Source: Tubulanus polymorphus
Lineage: Eukaryota; Animalia; Nemertea
NCBI RefSeq assembly: GCF_964204645.1
Contig: NC_134030.1
Location: 16,864,110-16,928,109 of the forward strand
Direction of reading: 5' to 3'
Length of the DNA: 64,000 nucleotides
A program made the translations under genes and the position numbers. The notes beneath the pieces were generated by a model. That model ran no database searches. It had not been told where the DNA came from and saw only the letters and a program-made list of their open reading frames with translations. This document shows, piece after piece, positions 36,851 to 50,722 of this stretch. Within the stretch, counting starts at the first letter, position 1, and the number at the start of each line of letters is the position of its first letter.

Positions 36851-38334
36851 CTATTACATGCTGCTATACGAACTAGGGGTCCAGGGACACCATGCCCACT
36901 CGGAAGTGGTTTGAAATGATCATCTGATGATTTCAATATTCAATGCCCCCTGATGCTGAAACCAATGAGCTCATGGACTACAAATATATATGAAAGATCA
37001 AGAAAATGAATCGTTTTCGAGGCGTTTTCAAAATTTCCCTTTAAAACTTCAAAAATGTGTAAAAATTGCCATTTTTGGTGTACAAACCAAATATTAAGAC
37101 AATCCATTGAAGCGTCTTCAAAACTTCCCAAAATAACTGGATTCCGTCTGCAGACGTCCCAAGCGGGCTAAAAATGCGTGCTTTAATCTTCAAGAAATAA
37201 TGAGCTACGTGAACTGATTTTCCAAATAAAATTGTATACGTATATCTTAGTGGGAGAGAGTTAATAAAACACATGATATCAACAATGCATCCTATTGGTT
37301 GGTAAAAATGGATCGCTCGGCGGAAGTGCGGGCAGACGAGCGAATTTGTGGGCGATCCGGTCGCCGGTGTAAATAATCGGTCGAAAATATCAGACATGTT
37401 TAATACAGGCGATTGAGTCGGCCGACAAAATCGCTGTCGCTGTGAGCTGCCACACTGCCGATTTTTCATTGCCATCCAAACTTCTAAATGCCAACTATGT
37501 CTTGGATATTAATTTAAAAAACGTTTTGTCGATAACTTCTATGTTTTTTGCCTTAAAAATGAAAAATAATGAAATGTGCACTCGGGCGATTGACGAACCA
37601 ATTCCAGCACAGCACAGGCCATTCTATGACTATAACTGCAGTTTAGGTTACCTTCTAGGCCCACATAGTAAACATCTTATCTAATAAATAATATACATAT
37701 ATCATTAAATGTATATATACATACCCAACGGGCTCATGTACATAGGCCTAAAAACTGGATGGCCGGAAGTAACTCTCTAAAAGAAAAGCCCGGGAGAATA
37801 TACATGCGCAATTTTAAATATAGGCCTACCACTGCCAGAGACCCTTTGCTTAACCCACCCATGGTGACCATAATTACCGTAAGCGAATTGTTGTATTATA
37901 CATATATGTAAAACTCACCTAAGGTGTAATGAAATGAGATGAAATTATGCCAGAATTTTTCCCAAGCTGATTCCAAAAGTGGAATTCGGCCGTGCGCACG
38001 TGCAAATCGTCTCGCCCGGACGACTACCCGGACTGGAGGTGGCAGCACAGCCTAGAACGAAACACTTGAATGAACTCCTTGTTCATCGACACGGTCCAAA
38101 CCCCTGCACTACAATCTATGAGAAAACAGTCTCAGACATAGCGATTCACCAATACTGTAGGCTAGCTATGCCAGGATAAATACGATTTTACTTAAAAAAT
38201 TTGACGTGAAAGATTTGCTTCAAAATGTTTATTAGACTGGTTGCCTGTCCAATTCTGTGACACCTGCGAGACCGGTAATCAGTCTAAATGTTTATGACAC
38301 AGCGACATCTGGCGTTATATATTGGCGTAAATGA

Positions 38335-38605
38335 CGGGTTGACTGTAAGATTATGAGCTAACTGTAATATTACGAGTTGACTAAGATTATGAGCTAAATG
38401 TAATATTGACTGTAAGATTACGAGTTGACTGTAAGATTATGAGCTAAATGTAATATTACGAGTAGACTTTAAGATTACGAATAGACTGTAAGATTACGAG
38501 TTGACTGTAATATTAGGAATTGACTTTAAGATTATGAGTTGACTGTAAGATTATGAGTTGACTGTGTAAGATTACGAGTTGATGGTTAGATGATGAGTTG
38601 ACTAT
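38335..38605 (-). repeat. ~20-bp tandem array in the right TIR of the IS3EU element
   Basis: TAAGATTACGAGTTGACTG repeats, reverse complement of the left array. Confidence 0.9.
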
Positions 38606-39238
38606 CTAAGCTTGTGAATTGACTGTAAAGTAACCACTTGAGAATGTAATATTGCGAATTACATTTTTTGCACTGATGGCGTTCCATATGATTCGATCAG
38701 CATTTTTCATACGACTATTAGAGAGTGATGTTTTTCACGGGTATACTTACCACACCAATAAGACCTTTACCAGATATTTACCACCAAAACCGACTGAGCT
38801 AGGCCATCCGATATGTTCTGAATCCATGTTGAAATAGACATTAATATGGATATTGAAAACAAAAACTTAATAACATTCACCATCAATTTGGTGATGATAA
38901 TCTCCAGAACTATTTTTTGCCACAAAAACCAGATTCGCACCTGGCACAAAGCCATTTCGACTTCCCGCATCTACAAATGATAAGCCGTGCACCTTTACCA
39001 TTTTGTTCTACAAGTTCACAATCTTTACATGGTGGATGGGAAAAGCTTGTCATTCCTTTTTCCCAATTTTCTGTCCATTCGCCTGTTGAAGATATAAGTG
39101 ATTCCAGGTTTGAAAACAGGTTACACACAATGTACTTTGACTTAGCTGAGATAAGATGCATGTGAAAAATATGGAAAAAAACTTAATTTTTGTGTGAAAA
39201 AACTTTTTCGAAAATTGTTGCCAGGTAATTTCTTTATA

Positions 39239-39299
39239 CAGTTAACCCCGATATACCGCCCTCACACCAGTATATGGGCAGTATATCGGGGGTTGACTG
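39239..39299. mobile_element. Tiny palindromic Tc1/pogo-type MITE
   Basis: TA-CAGTTAACCCCGATATAC...GTATATCGGGGTTGACTG-TA. Confidence 0.6.
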
Positions 39300-40136
39300 T
39301 AGTTTTACTTGTAGGGTGTATATGTTCTTCTATCTGTGGGCTCTGATTTGGCCCTAGATGGGTCATAGTACATGTACATGTTCATTGTCTAGCGTAATTT
39401 GAAAAATTCTTGTTTTGATATGAAGAAATGTGAAATGGAAAAACATGGCATTGTGAAAATGTCGGAACCCTTAATCCCTAACTTAGGCCATGTGATTTTA
39501 AGGTTCACAACGTCGTATCTCTTGGATTTATCCACGTTTCATCCAAATACACGATCTGTTTGTTCTCCTGTCTAGCTTTTTTATTTTCAGTAGATAATTT
39601 CTTCTTTGACGTACAATGTCGGGTCTTTCATGACTAAAGCTAAAAGAAGATACAATGATTTTAGATATTGATCAATTTGACACATAAATCTTCGGGCAGA
39701 CTGGAAGGGAACAGGGAAAGTCATTATACATAGACCTATGAAACATCAGATAATTAATCAAAATTATTGGATATGAAACTGTTTTGCCTACCGTTTTCCC
39801 CTTTTTTCAACCACCTAAAACCAATTCTCCTTATCCATTTCCATATCGAAACTCCTTTCAACTGAACTGATAGTTTGTTTTTGATTCTCGCATATATTCT
39901 ATAGAGATAAATACATAAATATGGAGATCAAATATTTCAAATCTGCTGTACCAAGATGGATGGTAAATTTATATTGACATTTTTGTAGTTAATATCCATT
40001 CACAGCCCTCTCAGAAGGGATTCGAAACTGACATCGGGACTGCTGCAGTATGAAATCCAGCTTGACTAGCCCTAGTGAACAGATTTGCAAGGATTTGAAA
40101 GGTTGCTTACCAATTATCAGATAACCTGATCACTTA

Positions 40137-40293
40137 GGGATCATTCATTTATAACGTACGCATAAAATTTGAATTCCTCAACCACCCCCCCCCTCTGTAC
40201 TCAAAATCTTTTCATATACACTTATCATTACAGTACGCAATTGCACTGACCCGTCCCCCTCCCTTAATGCGTACGTAATAAATAAATGACCCC
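40137..40293. mobile_element. Harbinger/Tourist-like MITE
   Basis: GGGATCATTCATTTAT...ATAAATAAATGACCCC with TTA flanks; reverse-orientation homologue of 30701-30850. Confidence 0.75.
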
Positions 40294-40393
40294 TTAGGCA
40301 AATTTTGCGGATAATCATAGTTGAGTTAACTTGGACAATGGACATTGACAAGCTGATGATATCATCTAAGCAGTGCTTATGTATCCGGGCTAG

Positions 40394-41776
40394 CAGGGTT
40401 CATAGCCTCCAGGCCCAACTTAATTCAGGTACTTTCAAGGACCTATTTCAACAAAATTCAAGTACTATTTTCTGAAAAATACCATATAAACACTAGCATT
40501 TAAGGCGAATTTATTGCGATGAAAATTCCTTTATTGCAGAAATTTAAAAGAAGTACAAACGCAAATCATCATAAAGAAACATCCACGCGTAGCAGCGTAC
40601 TTGATAACTTTGGAATCTTTCAGCTTTATTTTAAGAAAGATTTACTACATGTATCAGAAATTAATAACTTTAAAACAAGAAATCTGTGGGCCTTTCAACG
40701 GAACTACACGTAGACCTCGCCATCAAAAAGCCATACTATCGAAAGCAAAAAATAACAAAATTATACAAAATCAAATTACAGCTCATCGACCTATTTACAA
40801 TCGATTAATTTGCTCCTTTTGAGTTTCGATGGCTGAAATTAGCTCTTTAGAGCCGCTTCTCCCATCGAAGATATGTCAATGGTTTTGGCGCATATCTTGC
40901 ACCTAGCTTCTGTTGAAATTGGTCTGCGTTGAATCAAACTTTTGTATGATTCATGCACCAACCAGGCGTCAGAGAAATGGCACTTTCCCATACTGGCCTA
41001 TCTAATTTTGAATCCAACAAATTTCGATGACCGGCTTAAACGTCTAAATGATAACAGCTTAACGCTTAATCATGATCAGCTCGGGATACCCTGACATAAA
41101 AAATCACTTTTCGATAGTTAATGCTCCAAAGATCGTCAAAATCAAGAACGGTCTTTATATTAATTTGAGGTCATTATTTACTACCAATAATCTATTTAGA
41201 ATTATTTTGAAGTATTTTGTTTGTTTATTTCATCACAACGGCATTTGTATATACGCGGCGCGCGATAGCGGTAGTGCCGCCACGTGTCTACTAATAGATT
41301 TGTATACGCATTGTCAGCAGTGAGCCACGTGCCTAATACATTTGTACTGTATATATACACAAGTCAGCAGTGTATACGAGTCAATTCAATTCAATATTTA
41401 TTTCACGGAAAAGCAGAACAATCAAATCATAAGAAAGCTAAACAAATTTTAAAAAGAACGAGAAAATAAAAAAAAATTTACAAATGTTATAGCGCGCTTT
41501 TCCATGTTGGCCTTGCAAAGCCTTAAAGGCCGCTAACGCAGTCTATAGCACGCTGACAGTACAGAATCACAGCACTCTCACACGTGGTTGGCAGTGCGCG
41601 GGCGTATTGAAGTCAATACAACAAACTAAATGACAAAATTTGGACAACATTAAAAATTCAAGGACTTCCAATGATTTTTACTGAAATTTTGAAAATTCAA
41701 TCATTTTCAAGGCCTTGAAAACGCATTTTGTGATTCAAGCACTATTAAGCACTTTCCAGGATCGCTACGAACCCTG
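40394..41776. mobile_element. Possible non-autonomous hAT-like element
   Basis: CAGGGTTCATAG...CTACGAACCCTG inverted ends and TTTCAAGG subterminal motifs; no matching 8-bp TSD seen. Confidence 0.45.
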
Positions 41777-42950
41777 TAGTCTGGCTGGATTTTTGGCTGT
41801 GGCAAACTCGAAGCAATCATGTTGGGGAGGATGCGTTTTTCTGGCAGTTGTTGATTCTTACCCATCTATTGTAATGTATTTCTTATCTCTGGTCATATCA
41901 TGAATTTCTCTTCGGATTATGTCTTGATCAAATTGGTCTAGTTCTATAGATGGACGTCCGGTGTTACTAGGTTCAGGTACTGAAGACTTTTTTTCTGAAA
42001 ATCCACTGAAAATTAAGTTAAGTTCATTTATCGAACCAGCAGGGTTTGCAAAAAGAATTGTAAAAAGTTTGTATTGTATGATTTTCTATAGGCCTGAATG
42101 AAGAGAACCGGTCCATATTGTTTTGAAACATGTCTCTTTAATCAAGATTTTTTTTGTAACAGGCCTACGTATGAAAAATGATTACCTTCATATTTTTGAA
42201 GTGTATATAGTTTATTACTTAAAATCGAATTTATAACAGGCCTTCCATAGGCCTAAATAGTTATATGAAAAATAAAATTATAATAGTAAATAAGCAACGC
42301 ATGAACTTCCTTCTATAACATACCGTAATTCCTCTTAATCGAATCTGTGGATACTTTTTTCTTGAGAGCGGCCCGAATTCTTTCCTAAGTGCTGTTGTTT
42401 GGGATGTTTCGGCCTGTCCTCTCTTCTCGACGTATATGTGTAGTAAATAGATTTATAATTTCCCATTGCGGTTTTAAAAAGATAATATTGTGTTGCGCGT
42501 TCGTTTGTGTTTATATTTACTATTTAGCGATTAACCTGAATGCATATGCATAAGCGCAGTATGCAACACTGTGATTCTTTGAGCATTAATAAAATTCAAA
42601 AGCTACCACCCCTACGCAGAAATACTGCGTCAAAGTGCATGCGAAAAAGACGAACATGGCGGTTGTTTTCGCCGATTTAAGATGAGATTTCCTACTCTTC
42701 TTTCCAATCCTTCTAAGCGGTGATAAACGGATAAAAAATCGGATATTCATATGTCGCCTGCGACTTATGTGATCACGATAAGACCTAAATGAGGTGTGTA
42801 CTACAAATATTAAGCAAGATATCGCGAAAAAACAGGTCTCATACATTAATAAATAGACATTATATCCATAACCTTCATGTGGTCACGGCTTGTATACCAG
42901 AAATCATTGTAGGCATTTTGCTGTCGCAGTATTTTCAAGCGGTTCCCTGA

Positions 42951-44254
42951 ATGTTCCCAAGAAATTCTTTGATACATTTTAAATGTTCTGCCAATTTCCG
43001 GGGAAGCTTTTTAGAACTCTTTATAACTTTCAGGTACATAGTTGATGGGAAAGTAAATACGAAATTTCTAAAACTCATCAAAATCAAGGACGGGACAGCT
43101 CCAGCCATGTTTGAAGCAATTAAGTTTGTACTGAACGAGTATGATGTTGACATCAAACAGGTGATGGGCCTCGGTGCTGATGGTACCAACAGTATGTCGG
43201 GTGAACGAAATGGTCTGCAAGCAATTTTCAGAAGAAATAGCCCATTCTGTATCTATATCCATTGTGTTTACCATCGATTGCATTTGGCTGTAAGCCAAGC
43301 TGGGAAAGATATTAATGAAATTGAAAGTCTTCAAAAAATCGTATCATCTATTTATGTGTATATCCAAGGATCATCGAATGGTCTGGAAAACATAGCTGAG
43401 ATTCTTTAACAGGACACAGTGAAATTCAAAATAATATTTGAGATAAGATGTTTGTGTTTGGGGGAAGCTGTAGTTGCTATAGTTAGAAATTTCAAGCCTT
43501 TGCTGGTATTTTTGAGTTGGGATGCTGTAGCACAGTCCGAGCCGGTGGCAGAGGGCTTAGTCAAACAACTAACTTCATATAAAATCTTGGCCCTCCTGCA
43601 CCTAGCTGCAGATGTGTTAACTAGAACGAATCGTCTAAGTAAAATTTTTCAGTATCGGGACATGTCCTTCGTATCAATTAAACACAATGTAAGTTATTTC
43701 CGAATCTCAGTATCAGCAGGAGTGCTGTCACTCGTTCTTCTTCAGGGAAGGATGTTTGAATTAAATACGAATATCCCGGAACTTTAATTTCATTTCTAGA
43801 ACCAATAAAGATATATAATTGTCTTAGCTGATCTGAGCTGCAAAGGTCGTACGATCAAAAATCAATGATCAATCATCGTTGATTGATATATTACTAATAT
43901 GGTTGTGGTTTCTTTTTTCAAGCCCACCCTCACCATTGAGGCATTAGATGGCATGAAAACTACCCCTTGGCCATATTTGCAGTCATATATGGAAAACCTC
44001 CTAGCCCAGGCTAACGGTAGTTTGCTCTTCAAAGACCAGCGTGTACTGAACTCAGCGCGGCGTGGTGAACAGGCTCAGGACCAGCAGTTTGATGGTGTCA
44101 AAATACATTCCTGCAGAACATAATGGACAACTTAAATAATAGATTCCCAAACGTACAAATTCTTGATTCAATGAAGGTATGTTAAGAAATCTACCCATAA
44201 TTATGATTTGCTTTGTAAAAATAAAAAAAGGATAATTCAATTTAATGTATTATT

Positions 44255-44285
<31 letters not shown>

Positions 44286-44435
44286 TTATTATTATTATTA
44301 TACAATTCGCACATATTTCACATATTTCAACCAAGGCAGTACCCAGACGAGCCACGGGACTTGAACAGATGGGGAACTATAGAAATTGAAAATCTCCTTG
44401 GTCATAACGGGATAGCAAAATTTGAAATATTTTAA
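42951..44435 (+). pseudogene. hAT (ZNF862-like) transposase relic
   Basis: TKFLKLIKIKDGTA, GLGADGTNSMSGERNGL, IHCVYHRLHLA, ADVL...LSKIFQ. Confidence 0.85.
44248..44300. repeat. (TTA)n microsatellite
   Basis: Direct inspection. Confidence 0.95.
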
Positions 44436-45739
44436 AAATTTTCTAAATTTGAATTATTTCATTGAATAAGTATAACAATGGGCCCATACACATGGATTAT
44501 TTCTTACTTTTACACAAAGAAAATTCATTTTTTGAGCACCCAAAATGCACCAAATTGCTTGCGATATTTGAAAATTTTCCGAAAATTCGAAAAATTGAAT
44601 ATGCCGAAGCTCCGATCGCACCGAAGCACCGAAGTTCCTGCTATACTGAAATATGCCCAACGTTCATTCAAACATCCATCATCGGTGAAAGTATGATTAC
44701 TGTATACATGTACTGCAGGTTTTAATGTTGTATGAATATTTTGCAGTTCAAATGGGTATGATGCTGATTCCAATTTAAAACACATGAAGTTAAATGGTCA
44801 AGGACAGTCAACACCAAGATATCTCTCTTCGACCGATGTTGTACCATAGAAGATATGATTCTTTCAACAAAAGCAAAGTGATTCAACACGATCGACATAA
44901 CACTGGAATAGGTTTGCAGTGAATAACAGTTCATTTCATTTAGTTCTATGTACTTTTTAGCCAATCTGGATTTGATTGTTATTGAAACTCTGGGACTGTT
45001 AACAAGAGACAAGTAAGACAAGTGGAAAAAACACAAGTTATGCTTGATTCTCATATTCAAATTTAATTCGAATGCAAATTTATTCTATTACATCATATTA
45101 CAAAGCATATCATTGGTTCATACAGTAATACAAATTAGGAAAGAACAAATTGTATTATAGAATTTTCAAAAAGGTAATGAATTTCTATAACTAAATGAAC
45201 ATTCTTTTTCTATTACTAAGATCAGGAGTGACTCTCCCGTTTATTAGAAAGAAATGCACGCAGCTGATGGAATAGGTTTGATATTTACACACATGTTGCA
45301 GGTATAAATTGTTTATCAGTATAGAATTTGTAATCCATAAACATCGGCCCGAAACCCAGACCACATCAATTCAGAATTTATTGATTGAATCTACACTATA
45401 GTATATGTACATATTCAAATAATTCAATGAAAAGATTAACTTCTTAAATCTATTCCAAATCATAATACGTTCTTCTCTGTACTAATCATAATTTACTCAG
45501 TCTATCGACTCAGAAGGTGCTTAAGACGAGTTCTTAATAGGACAGGTTAATTTTTTAAGCGTGGTGATAATACAGTATCATGAAGTTTGAATGCCAAAAT
45601 AAATGCCTGGTCGAATAAATTCATATTTGTTGATTTTACGTCCGTGTATGTTCGGTTTCAAAGATGATTCACATTTGACGTGTACATAGCTGTTGCATAT
45701 TAGGTTCGAATCTGTCGATGCATTTTATTCTATGTATCG

Positions 45740-48600
45740 GTATAGTGACCATCGCCCAATCAAGCAACAACCGAGGCGTTTACCACCGGGTCATAGTAAG
45801 TTTTTCGAGTGTCATACTGCCAAATTACATAGTCACGGCCTCATCCGACCATCACAATCCCCCTGGGCCAGTCCCATCGTCTTGGCCAAGAAGTCCGATG
45901 GTAGCCTTAGGCTGTGTTGTGATTATCGGAAGTTAAACGACGCTACGATAAAGGACAGCCATCAGGTGGGACGAACTGACTCCACTCTTGAGGCTCTTTC
46001 GGGGTCGTCATGGTTCTCCTCTCTTTACCTCACAAGTGGGTACCATCAGGTGCCTATACAGGAGATGGATAAACCAAAGCATTCTGCACATAAAATCGAT
46101 TGTGGGAGTGGAACGTCATGGCGTTTGGCCTAACTAAAGCCCCTGCCTGTTTTTCTCGGCTTATGACTATGGCCCTGGATAAGGTTTCATGGAAAACTGC
46201 GTTGATATATCTCGATGATGTCATTGTTCACTCAGCTGATGTTGCGTTACACATCAGTAAACTCGCTGAGGTGTTTTCATGTTTCCGATCCGCAAACCTT
46301 AAACTGAAACCGAGAAAATGTCTCCTACTGCGGAGACGGTTGAAGTTTTTGGGCATCATTGTTAGTGGGAATGGTATGGAGGCTGACCCGTCCAAAGTTG
46401 AGAAAATTATGAACTGGCCTGTTCCAACCACGGTTTCAGAGGTCCGCAGGTTCACAGGGTTAGTGACCTATTATTCAAAGTGTATTGAGGGGTATTCCCA
46501 AATGTGTCGTCCCCTACACCAACTTACTAAAAAGGGCCATGTTTTTGTATGGGGAATGGAGCAACAGCAAGCATTTGACGCCATAAAGATGGCACTTATT
46601 TGCCTTCCTGTTTTGGCCTTCCCTGATTTCGAGACAGGTGCAGGCAAATTTATTATCCACTGTGACGCTAGTGACAGGGCAAGTGGTGCCGTACTTACGT
46701 GTAGGCAGACTCGTCCAAACGGGTGATCGCGTATTCTGGTCGCACATTACGGGGTGGTGAAGAGAATTACTGTGCCACCAGGCGAGAGATGCTTGCCCTA
46801 GTCGATATGATTGAACACTTCCGGCATTACCTGTTGGGCCTGAAATTTTTGGTGCGTACTGACCATGCAGCACTTAAATCCGGTCTTCAAACATTCAGTC
46901 TGGACAAGTTGCCCGCTGGAATGAACGGTTGACCGACTATAACTTTGATATTGAACACCTGCCCGGGCGTATCCACTTAAATGCGGATGCGCGGTTACAG
47001 GACGAGGACGCCGACATATCGATAGTTAAGGACTTAGTTTTCATCGACAACAGGTTAAACCTAGTGCCGATGTTATGCGTAAGTTTAGCACGAAAACCAG
47101 AGTGTTTCTTGGTGAATATGAGCAACTTGTTATTGACAAGGCCGTTTTATGTTTGAGACCTGCCCCTGGATCCAGCCTTTAAAACCACGTGTCGTTCTGT
47201 CTTACGTGTTACTGCCTAAGGCTTTGTCACACCTTCATGACGGTATCTCAGGACAGAACGCACTAAGACAGAACGGAAGATGCGCGAACGATTTTGGTCC
47301 CCTGGCATTACTAGAGCTGTGCACGAGTACATCCAACAGTGCCAGAAATGTCAACAGTGCAAAAATCCACCCTAGCGACCGAAGGCACCTTTGGTGTCGA
47401 CACCAGTTGGTCCTAGAGGGCAGAGGTTGCACGTTGATATAGTGGGCCCCCTACAGTGTATTAAACGTGACAACACATACGTTATTGTTGTCCAGGACGC
47501 TTAAACTAAGTGGGTGGAGGCATGGCCAGTACGGAATGAAAAGGCCCCCACTGTGGCTCGAAAAGTTGTGGACGAATGAGTGACGAGGTATGGCTGCCCA
47601 GAAAGCATTCACTCCGACCGAGGAGCCAACTTTGAGTCCAAGGTTTTGGCAGAAGTTTGTCGACTGTTGGGTATCGATAAGACAGGTACCACCTCGTATC
47701 ACCCAATGGGAAATGGTCAGGTGGAAAACTTAAGTAAATCAATCAAGGCCAAGCTGACCATATCCGTGAACGAAACCGGCACTGACTGGGATACGAAGCT
47801 GTCATCTTGCCTGATGGCATTCCGTTCTAGTGTTCAGGAGTCCACTGGCGAGATCCCTTTTTACCTGACCTTTGGTTCAGAGATGGTCTTTCCTCTGGAT
47901 ATCATGGTTGGACCACCCGAAGAACCAGTGTACAATATTAAGTTTAGCCGTGATGTACACGCCAACCTACAGGAGGCGCACCGTAGGGTTAGGGAGAGAC
48001 TGGGTAAGGCTCAGCGGCGTCAGACTACTAATTACGATAGATTTGCTAGGCGGGGTGGGCATAACGTTGGTGATAGGGTATGGCTCAATAGTCATGCCAT
48101 TAAGTCAGGGGAGGCTGCCAAATTTCATAAGAAGTGGAAGGCCCTTCATTATGATCGAAAAGCTGTCTGAGGTGACGTATCAGGTCAGACCGGAGGGTGG
48201 TCCCCGAAAGCCAAAGGCCGTCCACTTTAATGATATGAAGCCAGCGTTTGGCAAGCCCCCTACCAACGTTAACAAGGCTTTCCCTGTCAGAACGAATAAA
48301 AGAACAGTAGAGCCCCATCCAGCCCATGAGAGTGAAAGTTCAAGCTCTTCAGGGAGCGATGATGGGGAGATTGTCTGGTGGCGCCCCAACGACCGGATTG
48401 TTGCAGCACCTACAAATGACGCTACACCAATCGAAGCAGAGGCAGAAGTCGATCCCCCAGCGAGTCAGCCTGTGGAAAATGCCCAGCCGCATCCACCGGC
48501 CGACAACGCAGATCAATTTTGTCGTTTGCGTCCGAGGAGAGCATTGAAACAGCCAGCCCGATTCAGTGACTTAGTTCGTCATTGCTCGATGACCCAGAAT
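45740..48600 (+). pseudogene. pol: Gypsy pol (RT-RNaseH-integrase), frameshifted
   Basis: ORF pieces 45693-46133, 46100-46726, 46723-46932, 47580-48170 and 47872-48768 carry successive pol motifs. Confidence 0.92.
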
Positions 48601-48726
48601 CCGGGAGAAGAAAGACCTGTGGCTGAAGAAAGGGCGAAAATTGCTGCGAGACAGAAAACACCTCACCGGTTAAACTCTCTGCTCTCCAGCCAACTTAACG
48701 TTTTTCTCTGTTTTTTAGCTACCAAA

Positions 48727-50722
48727 ATGTCTGACGTGCTCCAGTTGGATACGTTGAATGAGATATGAACCCGAGATCTAATGAAAGCTGTTGTGCATGA
48801 TGTGCGGAGATAAGTACAAAGCTACACAAAGAGGACTGAGCCTGAATGGACACCGGACTTCAGCGCTCTGATAAGTTCTTGTGAGGCCCACTTATACCAG
48901 CAAGGTTACATGGTTGCGGGGTCGATAGTCGCTGGCGTCAAGGCTTTCCTGGCGTCAGCCAAGCGTTCACGGCCATACATGTCGTTGGGACGGTTTAATC
49001 GGCTGGGGACAGAACTCGGCTATTTGATATCCCAACATGGGGGTACGAGTTTACGCCTCGAAGATGAGCTGGAGAAGCTTAAACGGCAGCTTCGTCCAAT
49101 TCTCCTGTTGAGCGACTCGATGTTTAAAGGAGTCAAGTGCAGCGGTATGGCTTGTATGTAATCGCTCACTCAGGACATCGAGTTGAAGACGTAAGCCGGA
49201 CGATAAGACTGATGAGCGTCAGTTGCTCTGCTGTCGTCGTTAACCACGGGGTAAACAACGCGCGGGAATTCAGTGACACTGTCAAGGAGATATACTCCTT
49301 AGCAAACATGATACGGCAGAAGTATCCACTTGTCCCGATTTTCCACCTTCCCGTTCCAAAGGCCCCATGTATGCGAGGCAAGCGTGAGACGGTCATCCCG
49401 ATTGACCGTATCAATCTACACTTCGAGAAAGCTGAGTTCAGCACCATCGAACATCCATATCTCGAAGACCATGGCTACAGAGGGCGGTGTTGTCATATCG
49501 CGGAAAGACGGAATCGCGGAATTTTCCAAAAACGCGGAATTTCTTCATTTTTACTATAAATAGTAAACAGGTTTTCCCACGGGGATACCCACTGTCGGAC
49601 AGGGCACCGGACCCAGGTTTTCAACACCGGGAATTAGTATTTGATAATTTATTATATCACCAGTCAACAACTTAACGATACTGTTCCAAATAATGGAGAA
49701 CCTAGGCAATACGTGCTTTGCGAATTCAGTGATACAGAGTATCGCTGCATTAACTGAAGGAATACAAATCGATGGTACGTAAACGTAGGATTTGTGATGA
49801 CACCATGGGTCATTCTCAAGGACTCACTTCCGAGTTAAGATTTGACTCTGATCTCTGGATTTAAAACATTGGAAATGAATTGATTCTAAGTAACTCAGAG
49901 TTAACTCACAACTGTGGAACTGGATCGATGTCAGACGAAAATAAATAGACATTATGTTTATTTCATTCTGGTTTAAGATTGTTCATGCGTGTTGTGTGTC
50001 TACATTGTTGTTATAAGCGAAGAATGTGGTTTATCTTTTAGAATTAAATGATATGAAAGATTATAAAATGGTTTCGTTTTTTTTAATTTTTACTTTGTGA
50101 GTGCTATAACATATATGTTCCTATGCTGATTATTTGGATCAAAAGAATTTTATTGGTACCGGTACTGGACGGCCGTAAAATTATAATAATTTCAAAGGAA
50201 TTTGAACCGGTACTTGTTCGGTCGTAGGATTTCATGTTTGCAACCATCTACAACTACGGTCCGACACCGCGAACGTGCTCAATATTTATCTGATAATATT
50301 CGTTTCTGAAGTTCTCAAAAAGTCGATGAACTTCGATAACCGAAGTTTGCCTAGTAGAAATAGACATTAGGTGCCTGGTCTCTTTCACCTCACTTGATTC
50401 TGACTTCTTCTACAGGTGGCAGCCAGTCAACGGTATCGTAATATAATAATTCCATATAAAATTGCCTGCAAATAATGGGATTCGAACCTAAGTCGTTGCA
50501 TCGATCAGTCCGGTGCCCTGTCCGACAGTGGGTATTCCCGTGGGAAAACCTGTTTACTATTTAAAGTAAAAATAAAGAAATTCCGCGTTTTTGGAAAATT
50601 CCGCGATTCCGTCTTTCCGCGATATGACAACACCATACAGAGGGATCCATTATCGACCGAAGGCAGTCAACGAAGTAGTTCGTCATGTTATTGCCTCCGT
50701 CAAGAGTCATCTAGAGTCCTAA
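48727..50722 (+). pseudogene. SGNH/GDSL hydrolase-like ORF between pol and the 3' LTR, split by a MULE-like insertion
   Basis: Block I LLLSDSMFKGV, block II HSGHRVED, block III VNHGVNN; after removing 49485-50644 the frame reads EDHGYRGIHYRPKA (block V His) to a TAA near 50722. Confidence 0.65.
49485..50635. mobile_element. Non-autonomous MULE-like element with ~125-bp TIRs
   Basis: TIR GGTGTTGTCATATCGCGGAAAGACGG...; 9-bp TSD TACAGAGGG at 49476-49484 and 50636-50644. Confidence 0.9.

Larger units (their letters stand above)
31524..38688. mobile_element. IS3EU-type DNA transposon (7.2 kb) with long tandem-repeat TIRs
   Basis: Termini TATGG...CCATA; 6-bp TSD TGATTC (31518-31523, 38689-38694); ~390-450-bp TIRs; integrase-core transposase plus a convergent second gene. 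Confidence 0.88.

Noticed and set aside
38767-39165. Cys-rich exon of a host gene
   Set aside because: Short, no recognisable family, no supportable exon chain
44208-44435. Poly-Leu signal-peptide-like ORF
   Set aside because: Derived from a (TTA)n microsatellite
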